Shown: positions 23,996 through 37,153 of the stretch, piece by piece
Layout: the number at the start of each line of letters is the position of its first letter
How positions within the stretch are numbered: the first letter of the stretch is position 1
Source: Bilabrum cf. latius
Taxonomy: Eukaryota
Length of the DNA stretch: 64,000 bases
Assembly (NCBI GenBank): GCA_965178125.1
Contig: OZ237757.1
Coordinates: 1-64,000, forward strand
Direction of reading: 5' to 3'
The notes under the pieces: generated by a model
What the model saw: the letters and a program-made list of their open reading frames with translations, nothing else
Databases searched by the model: none
Told to the model about the DNA's origin: nothing
Program-made: the position numbers and the translations under genes

Positions 23996-24312
23996 ATGGC
24001 ACAGGCCGGGGATGAAGAGCTCGCCAAGCGTTTGCAACAAGAAGAGCAGGATAGGGACATGGCTGCCAGGATCGCGTCCTAGGGTGCAGGCGGGGGGAGT
24101 GCTGGTAAGAATCCTTGGCATGCTGTGTCTCTTTCATGTGAGGCTTTCTGACCCAATTGATATCTCTTTCGCATTCTTCAATTGTTGCAGATATGTCTCG
24201 TCACGCTGGATAGAAGCAGAAACGACCTGGAGTGCGACGTGGCGTAATGCTCGTCCACGCCGAAGCCAAGCTTGCTGTCGGGGAAGATCCGTGCGATCCA
24301 GACACTTTTTGA
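23996..24312 (+). CDS. Possible small protein (~76 aa) with a DEELAKRLQQEE ubiquitin-binding-like (MIU/UIM-like) motif
   Basis: ATG at 23996, clean GTAAG...TTGCAG intron 24105-24190, two in-frame TAGs, TGA at 24310-24312. Invisible in the standard-code ORF track. Confidence 0.35.
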
Positions 24313-24408
24313 TCGGTACAAGTGACTGCATGTACACTTTATCTAGATGCAACACAATCAGTCAAGAACCGAGCCGCGTTGGCCACTCACTGAATCAGTC
24401 TCCAACAG

Positions 24409-26772
24409 TCACCACTTGGACGGCAGGCCCTCCGCCACCAAAAGCTTGGCAGCAACGCCGCCTACTACGGGTCGGTCCCGGAACATGATCTGATTTCCGG
24501 TCTCCGGCGAGTAGTAGTCCGTCATGGGTACCCTCGAAGTGGTGGAGTTGAGAGACCGCCACAGTGCTTTCGTGAGCTGCTCGAACTGGTCCTGCGGGCA
24601 CAGGGCCGCCATCCACTGCATCCAGTCCGTCTTGGTGCTCTACTTGAGGCTCTCCAGCGGCAGCCCGAACTCCAGGGTCTTGCCCTCGTAGAACTTGCAG
24701 GCCCGCGCCACATCGCTCGCAGGCACCGGCCCGGGTCCGGGCATGGGCACGACCGACTGCCACAGCAGGTTGTACAAAGTGGTCCAGGTCCCCTGCTGGT
24801 TGTACCCGATCATGTACCCCTGCTGGCCCGGGTCGTAGGCGTGCTTGTCCCAGTACGGCACGTAGCTCTGCGCCTGCTCCCAGAAGGCCTGGGCCTCTGC
24901 CTCGTCCCCGTGCCCCCGCAGCAGCTGCGAGTAGGCCCCCATGGCCACGTACCCCTTGGCTGCCAGGTTGGAGGCGTTCTTGAGCTTGCCCAAGAAATCG
25001 TCAGTGCTCAGCTGGTCGCCTGGGATCTTGGCGGTGATGTTCACGTAGTGCGCCCACGATGCGAGGATGGGCCAGTACTTCTCCGGGATGAAGTCCGTCG
25101 AGTTCTTGGCCGCCGCGATGGCCCCCAACATGATGAGCATGTTGCCGCTCTCCTCCAGCGGCATCTGCTCCTGCTTGTTGGGGGGCAGGTTGCAGACAGG
25201 GTAGTGTCCCAGGTGGTGCGGTGCCCACGGGAGGTTGTAGTGCACGTTGGTCTCGTTGTTGGAGTAGGCCATGAGAGGCTCCAGCATCTGCCACAGCCAG
25301 TCGGGCTGCATGAGAGCGTAGAGGGGAGCAGCGGGGAAAATCACGTCTACGGTGCTGATGTCCCCGTCGCTGGAAATCTCCTTGAGGAACTGCCACTGCG
25401 TCTGACGGGAGGGCACCCACACGAGGATGGTCGCGGCATATGCCTGCCTGTAGGCCAGTGCCAGGATCTGCGCGTACTGCTCTCCCCCCGCCTTGGTCGC
25501 TCTGGCGGTGAGGTCAGCGTCAAGGGCACGGGTTGCGTCCAGGACGGTATCCACGTCCCGCATGGCAGCCCGAGCCATGTCAGAGGCGCTCCCGATACCC
25601 GGCTCCCTGACCCACATGGGCGGCAGCGCCTCCCCGAAGAAGTCGATGGCCTCCTCCTGCTCGTGAGCCACCACGATGGTGCCCAGGGACACTGGGTTGC
25701 CCCCGCTCATCTTGCCATCCAAGGAGACAGCCAGCACCGGGTTGGTCGATGCCACAGTGTCTTGCCCCGAGCACGGCAGGTCGCTGTCCGGGAGGGTGCC
25801 TGTGGCGGCGAACCGGCTGCGCAACTCTTCCGCCTTGCCGATGGCAGTCCCCGGGGTGGGGGCGCCTGATCCGTCCGTGGCCAGCAGCAGCGTGTATCCG
25901 TACGACGCTCGGTCTCCTGTGATCGTGGAGAACTGCTGCTGCGTCGTGGCGCCCATGCGCATCAGGCTGGGGGAACCCCCTGCTGCACCCACCCTGGACC
26001 AGGTCAGCGGCACCCCATCGCCGTCCGTGCTCAGCTGCCCAGTGGCGTCAAAGTACAGCTGCACGTCGTGGGAGGCGCCGTCTGTGGACCACGTGGCTGC
26101 CGTGATGTAGGTCGCCTGTCTGGCCGTGACCGTGTCGTTCTGGGGCAGAAAGGGCGAGGTGAAGTTGAGCTGCAGGGCGGCGCCCTGGAGGGAGAAGGTG
26201 TACGAGCTGGTGCTAGGGGTCACCACCAGAGAGACCTGCTCGGGGACTTCCGTCACTGGGACACCGCCAGAGCTGCGGACGATGCCGTAGTCCCTGCAAG
26301 CATTGGGCAGCGCCGGATACAAATAGCCCGAGCCCTTCAGCCAGCATTGCGCCTTCGCAGGGTCACCACCGCAGCCGGGGAGGCCGTACGCCCACGCATC
26401 GCACTTTGAGTTCTTAGTGCACATCTCCCTACATACATTCGGATCCGATGCGACGTCGACGGGGTATCCTGGTAGGTCACCGCCTGGTATGTCAAGTCCC
26501 GTGTGGATAGCCTGGCTCGCGTTGCGTCCAAGGCTTCCCATGAGCCTTACAGGGTGTCCATCCACTCGAAGGATCGATGTTATCGACGTCTCTTGTCCAT
26601 CTGCTCCCCATGTAGTCATTTTGTCGAACAGATGGTCAGCGTCGGACCATACCTGAAAGAGGGGATTATTCGCGATGAGTGGGACGCTGGGAGGACGGAA
26701 CACGCTGGGAGACGCAACTCCTGACCCAAGCACACCACATATAAGCAGCATACCAGTCTAGGATCGAGCCAT
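24409..26772 (-). CDS. Secreted glutaminase GtaA-like / DUF5127-DUF4965 six-hairpin hydrolase with an inserted PAN/apple-like domain
   Basis: Signal peptide; RPPSVPLI, FLKEISSDGDISTVDV, WAPHHLG, MPLEESGNMLI, QLSTDDF, NLAAKG. The family C-terminus (TKTDW, SRVPMTDYY, FRDRPVVGG) follows the in-frame TAG at 24640. Ends at TGA 24409. Confidence 0.85.
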
Positions 26773-26917
26773 GCTGGTGAGGTACACCGGTTCTGTATCT
26801 GCCTTGGATCCTTGGGCCGTCGAGGATCCGAAGAAAGGAACTCCGACGAACTTTCTACTACCCAGCTAGTTTATGGCGCGTTGCATCTTGCTGAGTTTTT
26901 GCACCTGTAGACAACCT

Positions 26918-29188
26918 ATGGTGCAATGCGCATGGCCACGGCTACAATGGAAGGATGGGCAAGGCACTCTGATCCTTGCTCTGGCCACCTTTCAGTTTTT
27001 CCATTGGTTTAAGCCAAGCGAGGCGTTCCTCGTACCGATTCTGCAATCCTCGTTTGGAATCAGTACTGATACCATATACGAGGATATATTTCCGTGGAGT
27101 TCGTATGCGCTTCTCCCATGCTCAATCTTGGTTGGTGTAGTTTACGAAGCTGCGGGGATCGTGCCAGGCCTGCTGTTGGTCGGAGTCGCTGACGTGCTAA
27201 CCACAGCCATGGTAATTATCTCGAATGGAAGCCTGGAATGGCTAGTTGCATCATAGTTTATGTTTGCTGTATCGTTCGGTGCCATGTTCCTTGGGACAGC
27301 TGCGGTTTTCACGCTGCTTCCAGAGGACATGTATGCTCTGGGCTCGAGCCTGTCGCGCTCTTCGATGCTCCTTGGCACGATCGTGTCATCACTTGTTGGC
27401 CAGGCTGTCGTGTCTTCTCACTCGCTGACAAAGTATGAGACTTTGTGGATTTCGCTGGCCGGCACGTGTGCGTCTGTTGCATGCCTCCTGGCTGGGGTCG
27501 GGTGCGGTGTGTTCCACCAGCGAGCAGACGGCACCGCGGGATTGCTAGAGTCGAGATTAGCTCGGGCCGACCAATTCACTGTATTAGCCCATGATTCTAA
27601 ATGGCAGCAACTGGCTGGCTCGACCCCCTTTGGTGGAGGGCTCGCGCCTGCAGCTGTAGCAGTCCCGGATCCCCGTCTTCACCCAGCTAGACCAGGTGCC
27701 CATGCACTCTCAGATCGTAGCCCACCCGCCGCCTCCCGGGGAAGCGATTCGTCATTTATGGCTCCGGATCTATCACCACTGCAATAGCACAGGGTCTCAA
27801 TGGACAGCTTCCAGAGCCGGGGGGCGGCGTCGTTCGAGCCAGCTCGTGCCCAGGGTCGGGGACGTGGTGGCGGCAGGGGTAGGGGTAGGGGCCGGGGCTA
27901 CGTGAAACTGCACGGAGCCCGTGGTTGGGACGAAAGGAGGAGGCGCCTTCTATCGGGGGAGCCGGAAGACGGTCTGGTTGCGTCTGAAGGGCTACCCATG
28001 GGCGCCTCCGCCGCTGCCGCTGCCTCCAGCTCCATCATGGCCCCTGCTTGTCGTCTGGGCCCCTCCTCGTCAGCACAAGGGGTCGGCGCTGGCCCTAAGT
28101 TGGGCTCTTCCTTCGATGGCTGCTCGCTGGGTACAGCAGCAGAAGAGGCTTTTGCGCTGGAAGACGGAAGGCGTGCGTCACTGCAATAGCACGATGCGTT
28201 GCTCCCCCACCAGGCTAAAGAGAGACTCCAAGCCAGTGCAGCTCCACCTGCTGCCCATGGAGGCGAGGCCATCAACACCCATGCCCCAATGGGGAGCAGC
28301 CAGACGGCGGGAAAGCCCCCTGGCAGCAGCACAGGAGGGTGCAGTGACCGTCTGCGCGCGGCCCAGGAGCTGTGCACGCAGCTGGGACAGGGCTATTCGG
28401 ACGGGGCGGTGCTCATGTGGTCCGTGCTGCAGGCGGGGCTCCGAGCCACGCACACGCTGGTGCTGACCTACTGGCAGGCGCTGTTGGCGGGCATCGAGAA
28501 AGACGAAGTGGCCAATGGGGCGGTGTATGCAGGGGCTTACCTGCTCGCGGCCATGGCCGTGTGCGTGCCTGCTATCCCGTGGGTGGATGCTGGTGCGCGA
28601 GGGCGGTGGCCCGTGATCATGGCGGTGGGCAGCGCCGCGAGCGCAGCCACTCTCCTGTGCATGTCCCTATCGGGGTCCAGACTGCTCGCTGCGGTGCTTT
28701 TCGTGCTGTTCCATGGGTCTGCAGAGGCACTTCTGATGGTGGCAGCGGTGTCGATCGGCAGGAGCCTGAATCGCGTCGAGAGGCACGCAGGTCGCGACGG
28801 TGAGAGACAAGGAGATCAATCGATCGCCCAGGACGGAGGCATCTCAGCAGAACATAAGAGCAGAGGAGAGGCAGGTGCTGCGGCTGTTAATCAGGCGAGC
28901 CTGTACCTAAGTTCGAATGATGACGCGGCAGCCGGAACCTCCAGCTCGCTGGAGGCAACTTCAACGGGCGGGGCACGGCACTTGGGGATGAGTCGCACGC
29001 CGCGATACGCAGCAGTATTGAGCTGCAACACACTTGTCGGCATGCTGGCTCAGTTAGCTCTTCAAGGGATCGTTGGGGTTCACGGTCTAAACCTGAATCT
29101 CCGATCTCAGTTTGCAGTGTTTGCAGCTTTCCAGCTGTTGGTTGCTTGGGGCGCCGCGTCTGGACTGCTCCTAGGAACATAGGACTAA
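26918..29188 (+). CDS. SLC19-like (reduced folate carrier/thiamine) MFS transporter
   Basis: N-terminal FFHWFKPSEAFLVPIL and IFPWSSY resemble the SLC19 RPSEPFL motif. Four ORF pieces in one frame are joined at TAGs 27254, 27785 and 28187; a further TAG at 29180 is followed by GAC and TAA at 29186-29188. An alternative ATG lies at 26873. Confidence 0.75.
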
Positions 29189-29379
29189 AGACATTTAGAT
29201 TATTGAGTTCATGTTTCTCTTCGTGGCAGGCTTCAAAGCGCTTCGGTAATAATAATTCAGCACACACCCCCAAAACTCGGAGTTAAATCGACACAGTGGA
29301 TTACAATCTTCCAGAGCGCTCTGCTACATAGCCGCAGGTAATTCTCGGCCGAAAGTAACATCCACATCATGCGAGCACC

Positions 29380-32300
29380 ATGAGCCTAGCGAACTTTAGG
29401 GCAAAATAGCTGATTTGGGTCACTTTGCTGTTCCACGCTGCATTCGCATTGAGACCGCTCTCTGAGATTCGAAGGATTCAAGACAGTCTAGGTTCCGTGC
29501 AACGGCCCCATCAATTTCTCAGGTAAGAATTTTGTAGGTTTTTACTAGCAGCCATGCTTGCTTGCTGTCGTGTCACGTCTAGAGCGATGCTTCAATCTTA
29601 TCGGCTTGGCGCAGGGATTGTCGATCGCACGCCATCACCCCACTGCTGGAGCTGGGACGGCACCTTGCAATAAACAACCTGTGTGAGCTATTTAGTAACT
29701 CTACAGCTGTGGATGGGCCAGGACAATTCCCATCAGGGAGGGCGGTAGAGGCCAGTGCCCTGCCAAGCCTGTCTATCAAGTCAAGCTGGTGGTTCGATCG
29801 AATAGATGACTGGAACAACCGCGCCAAGGTCGCCCTGGGTAGCGCTTCTCCAAATATGTAGCATGGGTGCCAAGAGGTTGCGCAGCACCTCGCAGCTTGG
29901 AACAGCACGAAGGGCTGGACAGTTGGCACGCAAGAGGTGGGAGTTGCATGGTGTGGCCAGCGAGTCTCTTGGTTTTGGAGCCGAGCCCAGCTTGCACTCG
30001 TTCGAAAGTAGCACAAAAAAGCAACACGGTTACTGCGCTCCCTGCTTCGGTGCCCGGAGAGCTCTTTGGCCAGGGGCCCGCTGCTCTGTCTCCTGGCGAG
30101 CAGTGCTGGCGCCCAAGCTGACGCTGCCATCCAGCAGCAGCAGCCTGCCATCGAGGGGCAGCCTCCCATCGATGGGACTGGATCAGCGAATGGGAAAGAT
30201 GGAGGGATGGAACCTGTTCCAGATGTTGTTTTGCATTGGCCGTTCTACCTTGGTCTTGGTGCCGCAGAGCTGAGGTTCGTGCACAGAGTGGCACAGCAGG
30301 GGGCAGGCCTATTCGATGGTGTGGGCGAGGCCCCGGGGCCGTTTGCAGGGGGCTTGCAGCTTGGGCTGCAACTTGGGCTAGAGAAGGTGAACAGTGAGGT
30401 GACTGGTGCAGGGGAGCTGGTGCTGGAAGCATCGCAAGGCAGGGGCGCAGGGGCAGTTCGGCAGACCAGAGCGAGGCGGGTGCAGCGCGTGGGGCGGGCG
30501 GTTGCATACCTCGTGGCAGGCGGCGAGTGCGGGTCCATCGTGCCGCACGTGGCTTGCATGAAGCTAGGCACTGGAGATGCATCGGAGCACGCCGCACGTG
30601 CAAGCAGCGAGGCCTGGTGCGGGGGCGGGGCGGGCAGCGGGTAGCAAGAGACGTGGCAGGCGGACGGTCGGCCCAACTCCGGCGAGTGGGGCCACGTACT
30701 GCAGCTAGAGAGAGAGACCCAACTGCGGACCCGCTGCCTAGATCGATTGGCAGAAGTGGCGGCCGGCATGCAACGGAAGAGTGAGGCTATAATGCTCGCT
30801 TGGGCGGGTCGCAGCCTCGATGCTGGGGAGGGAAGTGGAGGGGGTGTGGGTGACGGCGAGGATGGGTGGGGGGCTGCAGCGGGGGGACCGGGCGGCGGAG
30901 TGGCAGGCAGGGGCCTGGGTGCAGGATCACAGTAGGCAGACAACTCGCACGAAATCAGCCCTTCCGACAATCAGGGTCAGCAGCGAGCAGCGATCTCCCC
31001 AAGGGTGCGAGCAGTTGGCCTTCCGATCGCTCTGCGGGTAGCCCGACTCGCCTTTCGGGGTCTGACACAGGCAAGCGGTAGGCAGGCGAGAGACCCCGAC
31101 TGGGAGAGTGCCCGCGATGCCTGCAGGGACATGATGGGCGATGGGCGGCTTGGGCAAGGGTTGGCATGTGCCCGTGCAGGCGATGGTGCAGCGGCGGTTC
31201 GAGGCACTGTGAGGGTGCTGTGCGCGGTGCTGTTGCCAGGGGAGGTGCACGTGCAGGCACAGTGCCCATCCAGTTCTTCGAGCAACATGAAATTAGGTGA
31301 ACAAGACGTGGATAGCAGTGGAATTCAGCTGCTCGACACAGCTCGCGAGTGGGCAGCACGTGCTGATGCATCTTTGGCTCTGGCCTGGCGGCAGCCGCAA
31401 AGCAATCTGTCGATCAGTAGCAACGCATCCTTGCTGCACTCGGAGGTTGTGAGCCGATCTGTCCTGTGCGATGTGACCAGATCCGTCAGGGCCGCTGGCA
31501 TGCTGCGCCAGGAACAGGCAAGCAGCCCGTCTTTCGACATGTGCCGACTGCTTGCAGTAGCAGCGGCGAATAGGTGTCCTGGACGCATAGCGACAGCGAT
31601 GAAGGGGTTTGGCTGCTTCATGGTGCATACTGGATCCAACCCGCACTTTTTGCCGCTTGCATTTATGGAAGGCGGTGGTGCCCACGAGTAGGCCACATCC
31701 CGGTGGGCGCATCGGTTGCACTCAAACCTGGCAGTGTACGCAGGTGAAGCCGATATGCCGTACGCAGACGGCATCTTGGGATACTGGCCGCATCTGTGCA
31801 TCAACCAAGAGCAGAATCTAGATTCAATTGAGCCTGGCCTGCATGTAGCCTGGGATAGGAGCTCCTCTATGCCTTGCCTACGCCTGGGCCGGGCAGATGG
31901 GATGGGCAGCAAAGCGCACGGCGGTTTCCATGCCTGGCAAGGAGGCATCCCTGGATTCCTGGTGTTTTCAGCGCTGCAGCGGCTTGAATTCATGGCTGTC
32001 CAGAGAGGCATGCCGCCTTCGTCCCTACCCAATTCAGCTTTCAGAGGGTAGCGGTCCGACGCTCATGGCAGCGGACTGCCAGTGCTGCTGCCCCCGCGTG
32101 CCGACCCTGGGTGCGTCTGGCTGGCGGCAGCCTTCGCGTGCAGCGATCCCCACAGGCTTGCGGAGCCGGTCCAGGCGCTGTCGTCAGGTGCCTGCGGGGC
32201 CCGTGCAGCCGATGAAAGTGATGATAGTTCGTTAATTTCACTGATGCAATCCGACCGGCTAAGCCTCTGGCTTGCAGCAGTTTCGCAGGCCCACTCACGG

Positions 32301-34523
32301 CTCGTGAGCAGGCAAGCGAACGAGAGGTCCATTGGCCACGGGAGCCGCGCTTTGCAAGAAGCAGCAGCCCTGCACGCTGCAATCAGGGTGGATGATGGGG
32401 TGCTCCCTGCCGCTGCAAGTGGACTGCTCCGGGACCTCATTGTGGGCCTGTATCTCCGGGGCTCTCCCATGAGAATCCGGGGCACTTGGGAATTTGCCAG
32501 TGCCAGCATCGATTGCCCGGATACATCCTATGCACTGCAGCAAGTGGCGCTGGCCGAAGTGGTGCTATTTGAGTACACCGGGGCCAGGTACGAGATGGTT
32601 TAGGGCGTGTTAGATCGGTTGGTTCTGCGAGTTGCTCTCGGCGTGGAGCTGTTTGCCCGCAACGAGGACGAGGATCTTTCCGTCGTGCACAGCTGCATCG
32701 CTAACCTCGTACGCACCGTCGTACGTCACGCCACTGTAGGCTCCGAGTATGATTCCAGGTCCACGCTCGAGTTATCTTAGGACGATCGGTGTTAGCAACT
32801 GCAGCGCATTGACTCGATGGGAGCCGAGCTCCGAGTCGTGTCAACCGTGGAGCCGCGCCCACGCGGATGTCACCGGTGGTGCAGCGTGTGCATGGCCCAG
32901 GTGTGGGGCCTGTCTGCATACCTCGGGCAGTGTTTCACGCGCTCCACAGGGGATGGGAGCGCGGCGGTGGTGCGCTACATCCGCAATCGCATCAGTAGGA
33001 ACAGCAGGGCGATGCAGAGTGTGCCGAACACGTGCGCGGAGGGACAGGCACAGGATTGCGACCGCCTGCACTAGTCGATGGTGCACAGACACAGGGGTTT
33101 GCTTGCACGCAGGTCGTCTCAGGTACAGCGGGATGCCGCTTCTGCCCTTGCCAAGCTTGGTAGCTCGTCGCTGGGTAAGGCGCACCCACGGGACATCTGG
33201 AGGGCCTCTCTAGTTTCGATCAGCCTGTCTGATCTGCTTGGTCACAGTGGTCAGGCCTTGGGTGGACTCAAGGTGCTCCGCCTGAGCACGGCTCCCCTGC
33301 AACAGCATGTGAATTCTCTCGTGAGGGCAGGCAGTAGTAGAGGTCTCCTGCAGGCTCCCTTCGGATGGACTGACCTCTCCAAGGCATGCTTTGGGGCGCT
33401 GCTGGAGCGGAAGCACCTAATGGCCGCCCTGCTGACGGCCAAGGCCAGGCAGAGCAAGGGGGCAGGGCTCAAGGAGGCGGCCAAGGAAGCCATGGTGTAT
33501 GCCCGCAGGCACCTGCCGAGTCGTGAGCGGAGCGTGGAAGCTATGGTGCTCGTGGCCGACCTGGCCTCGGCCGGCACCGGTATTGGTGCAAGGATGGGGG
33601 CTCTAGTTGGCATATAGGAAGCAGAACAAGCCGAGGCAAGCCCGACAGCAGGAGCAGGATCAGCCGCTCCACTAATCACCAGCAGCGCAAGCGGTCAGCA
33701 AATGCCTATTATGAATGCGTCCGGGCTGCAAGCTGCGCTCTACTCGTATTCGAGGGCGATTAGCCTCCTGCAGCAACCCATGGGCGGTCTGCCTGACGGC
33801 ACACCCCCTGACGCGGTATGCGCATGCGACGCCTGCTGCCTGCACGCCCGGCTCGGCACAGGTGCCCTCTCCATCCTGCAGCACCATGAAGTGCTAGAGG
33901 AGCACATGCAGGTAGTGGAGGGGCAGACGCGGGCACTGAGGAGGGCATCGAGGGCCTGGGGCACCAGCAGCCTGCTCGCTCGCGTGGGACTTGCCGCTGC
34001 ATCGGAGGCCCGCCCGGTTGTCGGGGCGGCAGACTGCAACCTGCAGGACCAGGGGGTCTTGCAGGAGTCGCTGCCGTACTCGCTTGGGGTGCACGCTGCT
34101 CTGCGGCTGGGCTGGCTCTCACTGAGCCTCGCAGAAGGCGACCAGGAGGTGGTAGCTCAGGCGGGGCAGTGGTTCCAGCGGGCAGGCCGGTTTGCAGCCG
34201 CAGGGGACAGCGCGCTGGGTGAGAAGATGGCAGAGCTCGGCGAGGCAGTGGCGAGGCATGCCGGCGGGGTGGGGCCCAGGTCACGCTCTCGGGCAGGCGT
34301 GCAGCGCTCCTTGGATGCATTGGTGCTTGCAATGGAGCAGGATCGAGTGGCCGAGAGCTAGGCAGGGAGTCTCTGCTCCTCGAAGGCGCTGCTGAGGGGC
34401 CGGGCACCGCTGTGGGACATGTGGCTGCTGCGGGAGATTGGAGCCGAGCTGATCCGCGGCGGGATGCCCCGGATTGGCACTGCGGCCATGGTGGCGTCCA
34501 GTCGGTTCGAGAGGGGGCGATGA
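29380..34523 (+). CDS. Large hypothetical protein (~1700 aa) with predicted signal peptide, Ala/Leu-rich and probably helical
   Basis: Eight ORF-track pieces (30066, 30747, 31005, 31716, 32082, 32817, 33078, 33702) share one frame and each ends in TAG. The frame is open from ~29583 to TGA 34521-34523. Short first exon from ATG 29380 with donor GTAAG at 29523; the acceptor is uncertain. Confidence 0.7.
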
Positions 34524-34638
34524 CTGACCTTGGCGCCCGTCTTATTTTTAGCTCCGGATACGCCGATACGGCGAGCGCTAATTGTGCAGTGATTGACATA
34601 CGTATACTGGGCTTGTATTTTGAAAATTTTGAAAATTG

Positions 34639-37015
34639 TCAGTCCAGCTTGTGAGACCGCTGAATCCCGATGCGAATACCTGTCGTCTCTCCGGCGTATC
34701 TATCCCGCTCTCCTGTGCGCATCTCGGGCACCTGTGACTTGCGCTTGCGGACTGCCTTCTCTGCCTTCTTGCGGTACTTGACCCTCGGGTTTTTCTCGTC
34801 CTTCCTCCTGTACTTGGTGAGTCCCTTGTTCTTCATGATCTCTCGCGTGATTCCTCTCGGCCCCGCCCTCTCGTCCGCGCCCAGAGTCCCCGCCACTGCC
34901 TCCTTTCGGGCCAGTCTCGCCTCCTGCGCTTCCTCCTTCTTGCGGCGCTTCCGAGCGCGCGCGATCGCCTGCGCCGCCGCCATCATGTCCCCGTCTTCAT
35001 CCGCCAGGCTGCCCTGCTGCCGACTGGACGAGGAGGCCCTGCCCCGCCCCATGCCGCCCATCGCATCCTCGTCGTCGTCCTCCGAGTCCCCGTCCCCCCT
35101 GCGGCCATCTCTCGCACGCATGCGCTCCCTTCTCTCCTGCAGAGTGGCCCTCCCCCTCTTCTTGCCCCCCCGCAACAGCAGCTCCTCTTCCTCCACCGCG
35201 TCCTCCCCTGCCGCCTCGCCCCCCCTCGCCCCGCCCAGCACCTTGTTCAGCTCGTCCAGGTCACCCAGCCCGCCCAAGATATCCACCTTCTGCGCCTCCC
35301 GCTCCAACCGCTTTCGCAGCTTTCGGTCCGCCTTGCTCTCTGCCGCCTGCCCGAAGTGCTCGTCTTCGTATGCTTCCCTCGCCTCCTCCAGCTCACGGAG
35401 GCGGCGCGAGGCAGCAGACTCGCCCCCCTGGGCCATCTCCTCCGGCCTGCTGCTCACCGCCTCCCGCATCTCCTGCAGCAGCTCCGACTTGCGCAGCTCG
35501 TCCTCTCTCCGCTTCTGCCTGCGCTCGTTCCTCGCGCTGGCACCGCCCTCCTCGAACGGCACTGCCACCCGCTTCATGGGCTTGTACACGCCGGATTTGC
35601 CGGCTGCAGCAGGGGCTTCGTCCCCACTCGATGCAGCGTCGCTGTCCACGCCCGCACCCTGTCCCGCGCTCCCTCCATGCGGCACCAGGCTGCCAAGCGA
35701 AGGCCTCAGGTCGTCATCCTCTGCTCCTCCAGCACCAGCACCAGCACCAGCACCCGATCCGGCCTGCTGCCGGCCGGGCCCCGCTCCTTGCCCCAGAGCC
35801 GTTGCTCCTGCAAGCAGCAGCCTATCGATGTCCGCCTTCATGCGCTCATCCACGGCCCTCAGTCGGTCTAGCAAGGACCGCAGCTGCACCAGCCTAGCCA
35901 TCACGGGGTGCGTGCGCACGGGCTGGCCCTCGGCGCGCAGCAGCAAGAAGAAAGAAATGTGCGCCACGTAGGCAAGCAGCAGCTGCTGCTTTGCCTCTAG
36001 ATAGGCAGCGCCCACCGAGTGTCCCGCCCCCTGCCGCTGCAGCTCGCGGGCGGCGGGAAGCACGCGCTGCCGCACCTGCATCGCACTGCGCTGCAGCTCC
36101 CGCAGCAGGCCCAGAAGCTCCGGTGCATCTCGCTGCAGCACCCGGAGCCTATCTGCCTTGGACAGGCGGGCCATGCCCCCTCTCCCAGCCCCGATTGAAT
36201 CTACTTTCGCTGCGGTGCTGGGCGATGAGGACGAAGAGGAGCTCCCTGCTGGCCGGCCGTCTCCGTCCTCCTCACCGGAGTCGTCTTCATCAGAGTCAGA
36301 CTCAGAGTCACTGCTTTCATCTTCTGCCTAGGCAACTGGTCGAAAATCTTCCGCTCGAGTTCGCTTGGCGGCAATTCTCTGGAGCCGCTTCACCTCTTGC
36401 TCCTCTTCCGCAGCCGCCTGAGCCTCTGCATCGTCGTCTTCCAATACACCCTGCAAGCACGAAAAGGAGCATCCAATTGAATCCAATCATAGCGGTAGGT
36501 CTATGGTGTTAACAGGATCGCTGTGCACGCAACGGAAGACTCACCGCAGTATCTGCTCCGAAGTAGTCGTCTTTCTCAGCCCCCCAACTTTTGGCATTAT
36601 CGTCCTCGCGACTGAGCTACTTTTGCAGTCGTTTGACTGCTGCGTATGCATCATCTTCCTGCTCCAATTTCGCTCTGACCTGTTCCATAGGTACCTCCTG
36701 GTCAAGCATGGACACACCCGCAACGCGCCTTGCAACGGGCTGCCGTCCCCTGCCTGGTTCGTCATCTGAAGACTCGTTCTCCGCGTCAGAGGAGTCTGAA
36801 TCATCTGAATCATCCATGGGCTTGCTTCCTTCGACACTGTCATTGTGCTTCAGCTTGAAAACCCCCGTTTGCAGTTGGTTGTACTCTTCTTCTGAGGAGC
36901 TCTCATCTGAGCTATCACTGGCATCTTGCTGCAGTTTTGGCTCACGCCGGCTATTGGAACGCTTTTGCAAAAGTTCTGATTTGCCTCTGGCGGCTGCGAA
37001 AGATTTCTTCGGCAT
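34639..37015 (-). CDS. UTP3: SSU processome component Utp3/Sas10
   Basis: C1D-like middle region (YLEAKQQLLLAY, THPVMARL) and Sas10 C-terminus (RGITREIMKNKGLTKYRRKDEKNPRVKYRKK, YAGETTGI). N-terminal WGAEKDDYFGAD motif follows the TAG at 36617. Intron 36544-36451; second TAG at 36328; ends at TGA. Confidence 0.92.
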
Positions 37016-37153
37016 GTTAATGAGGTACACAAATGAACACGACATATCTACTCGCAACAATGGCCGAATCCAGAGTTTACCCCAAAGAGAACCAAGGGTC
37101 CTGGCCATTCCTAGGTTCATCTCGAATCTTTAGCACACTTTCTTATAGATTGT

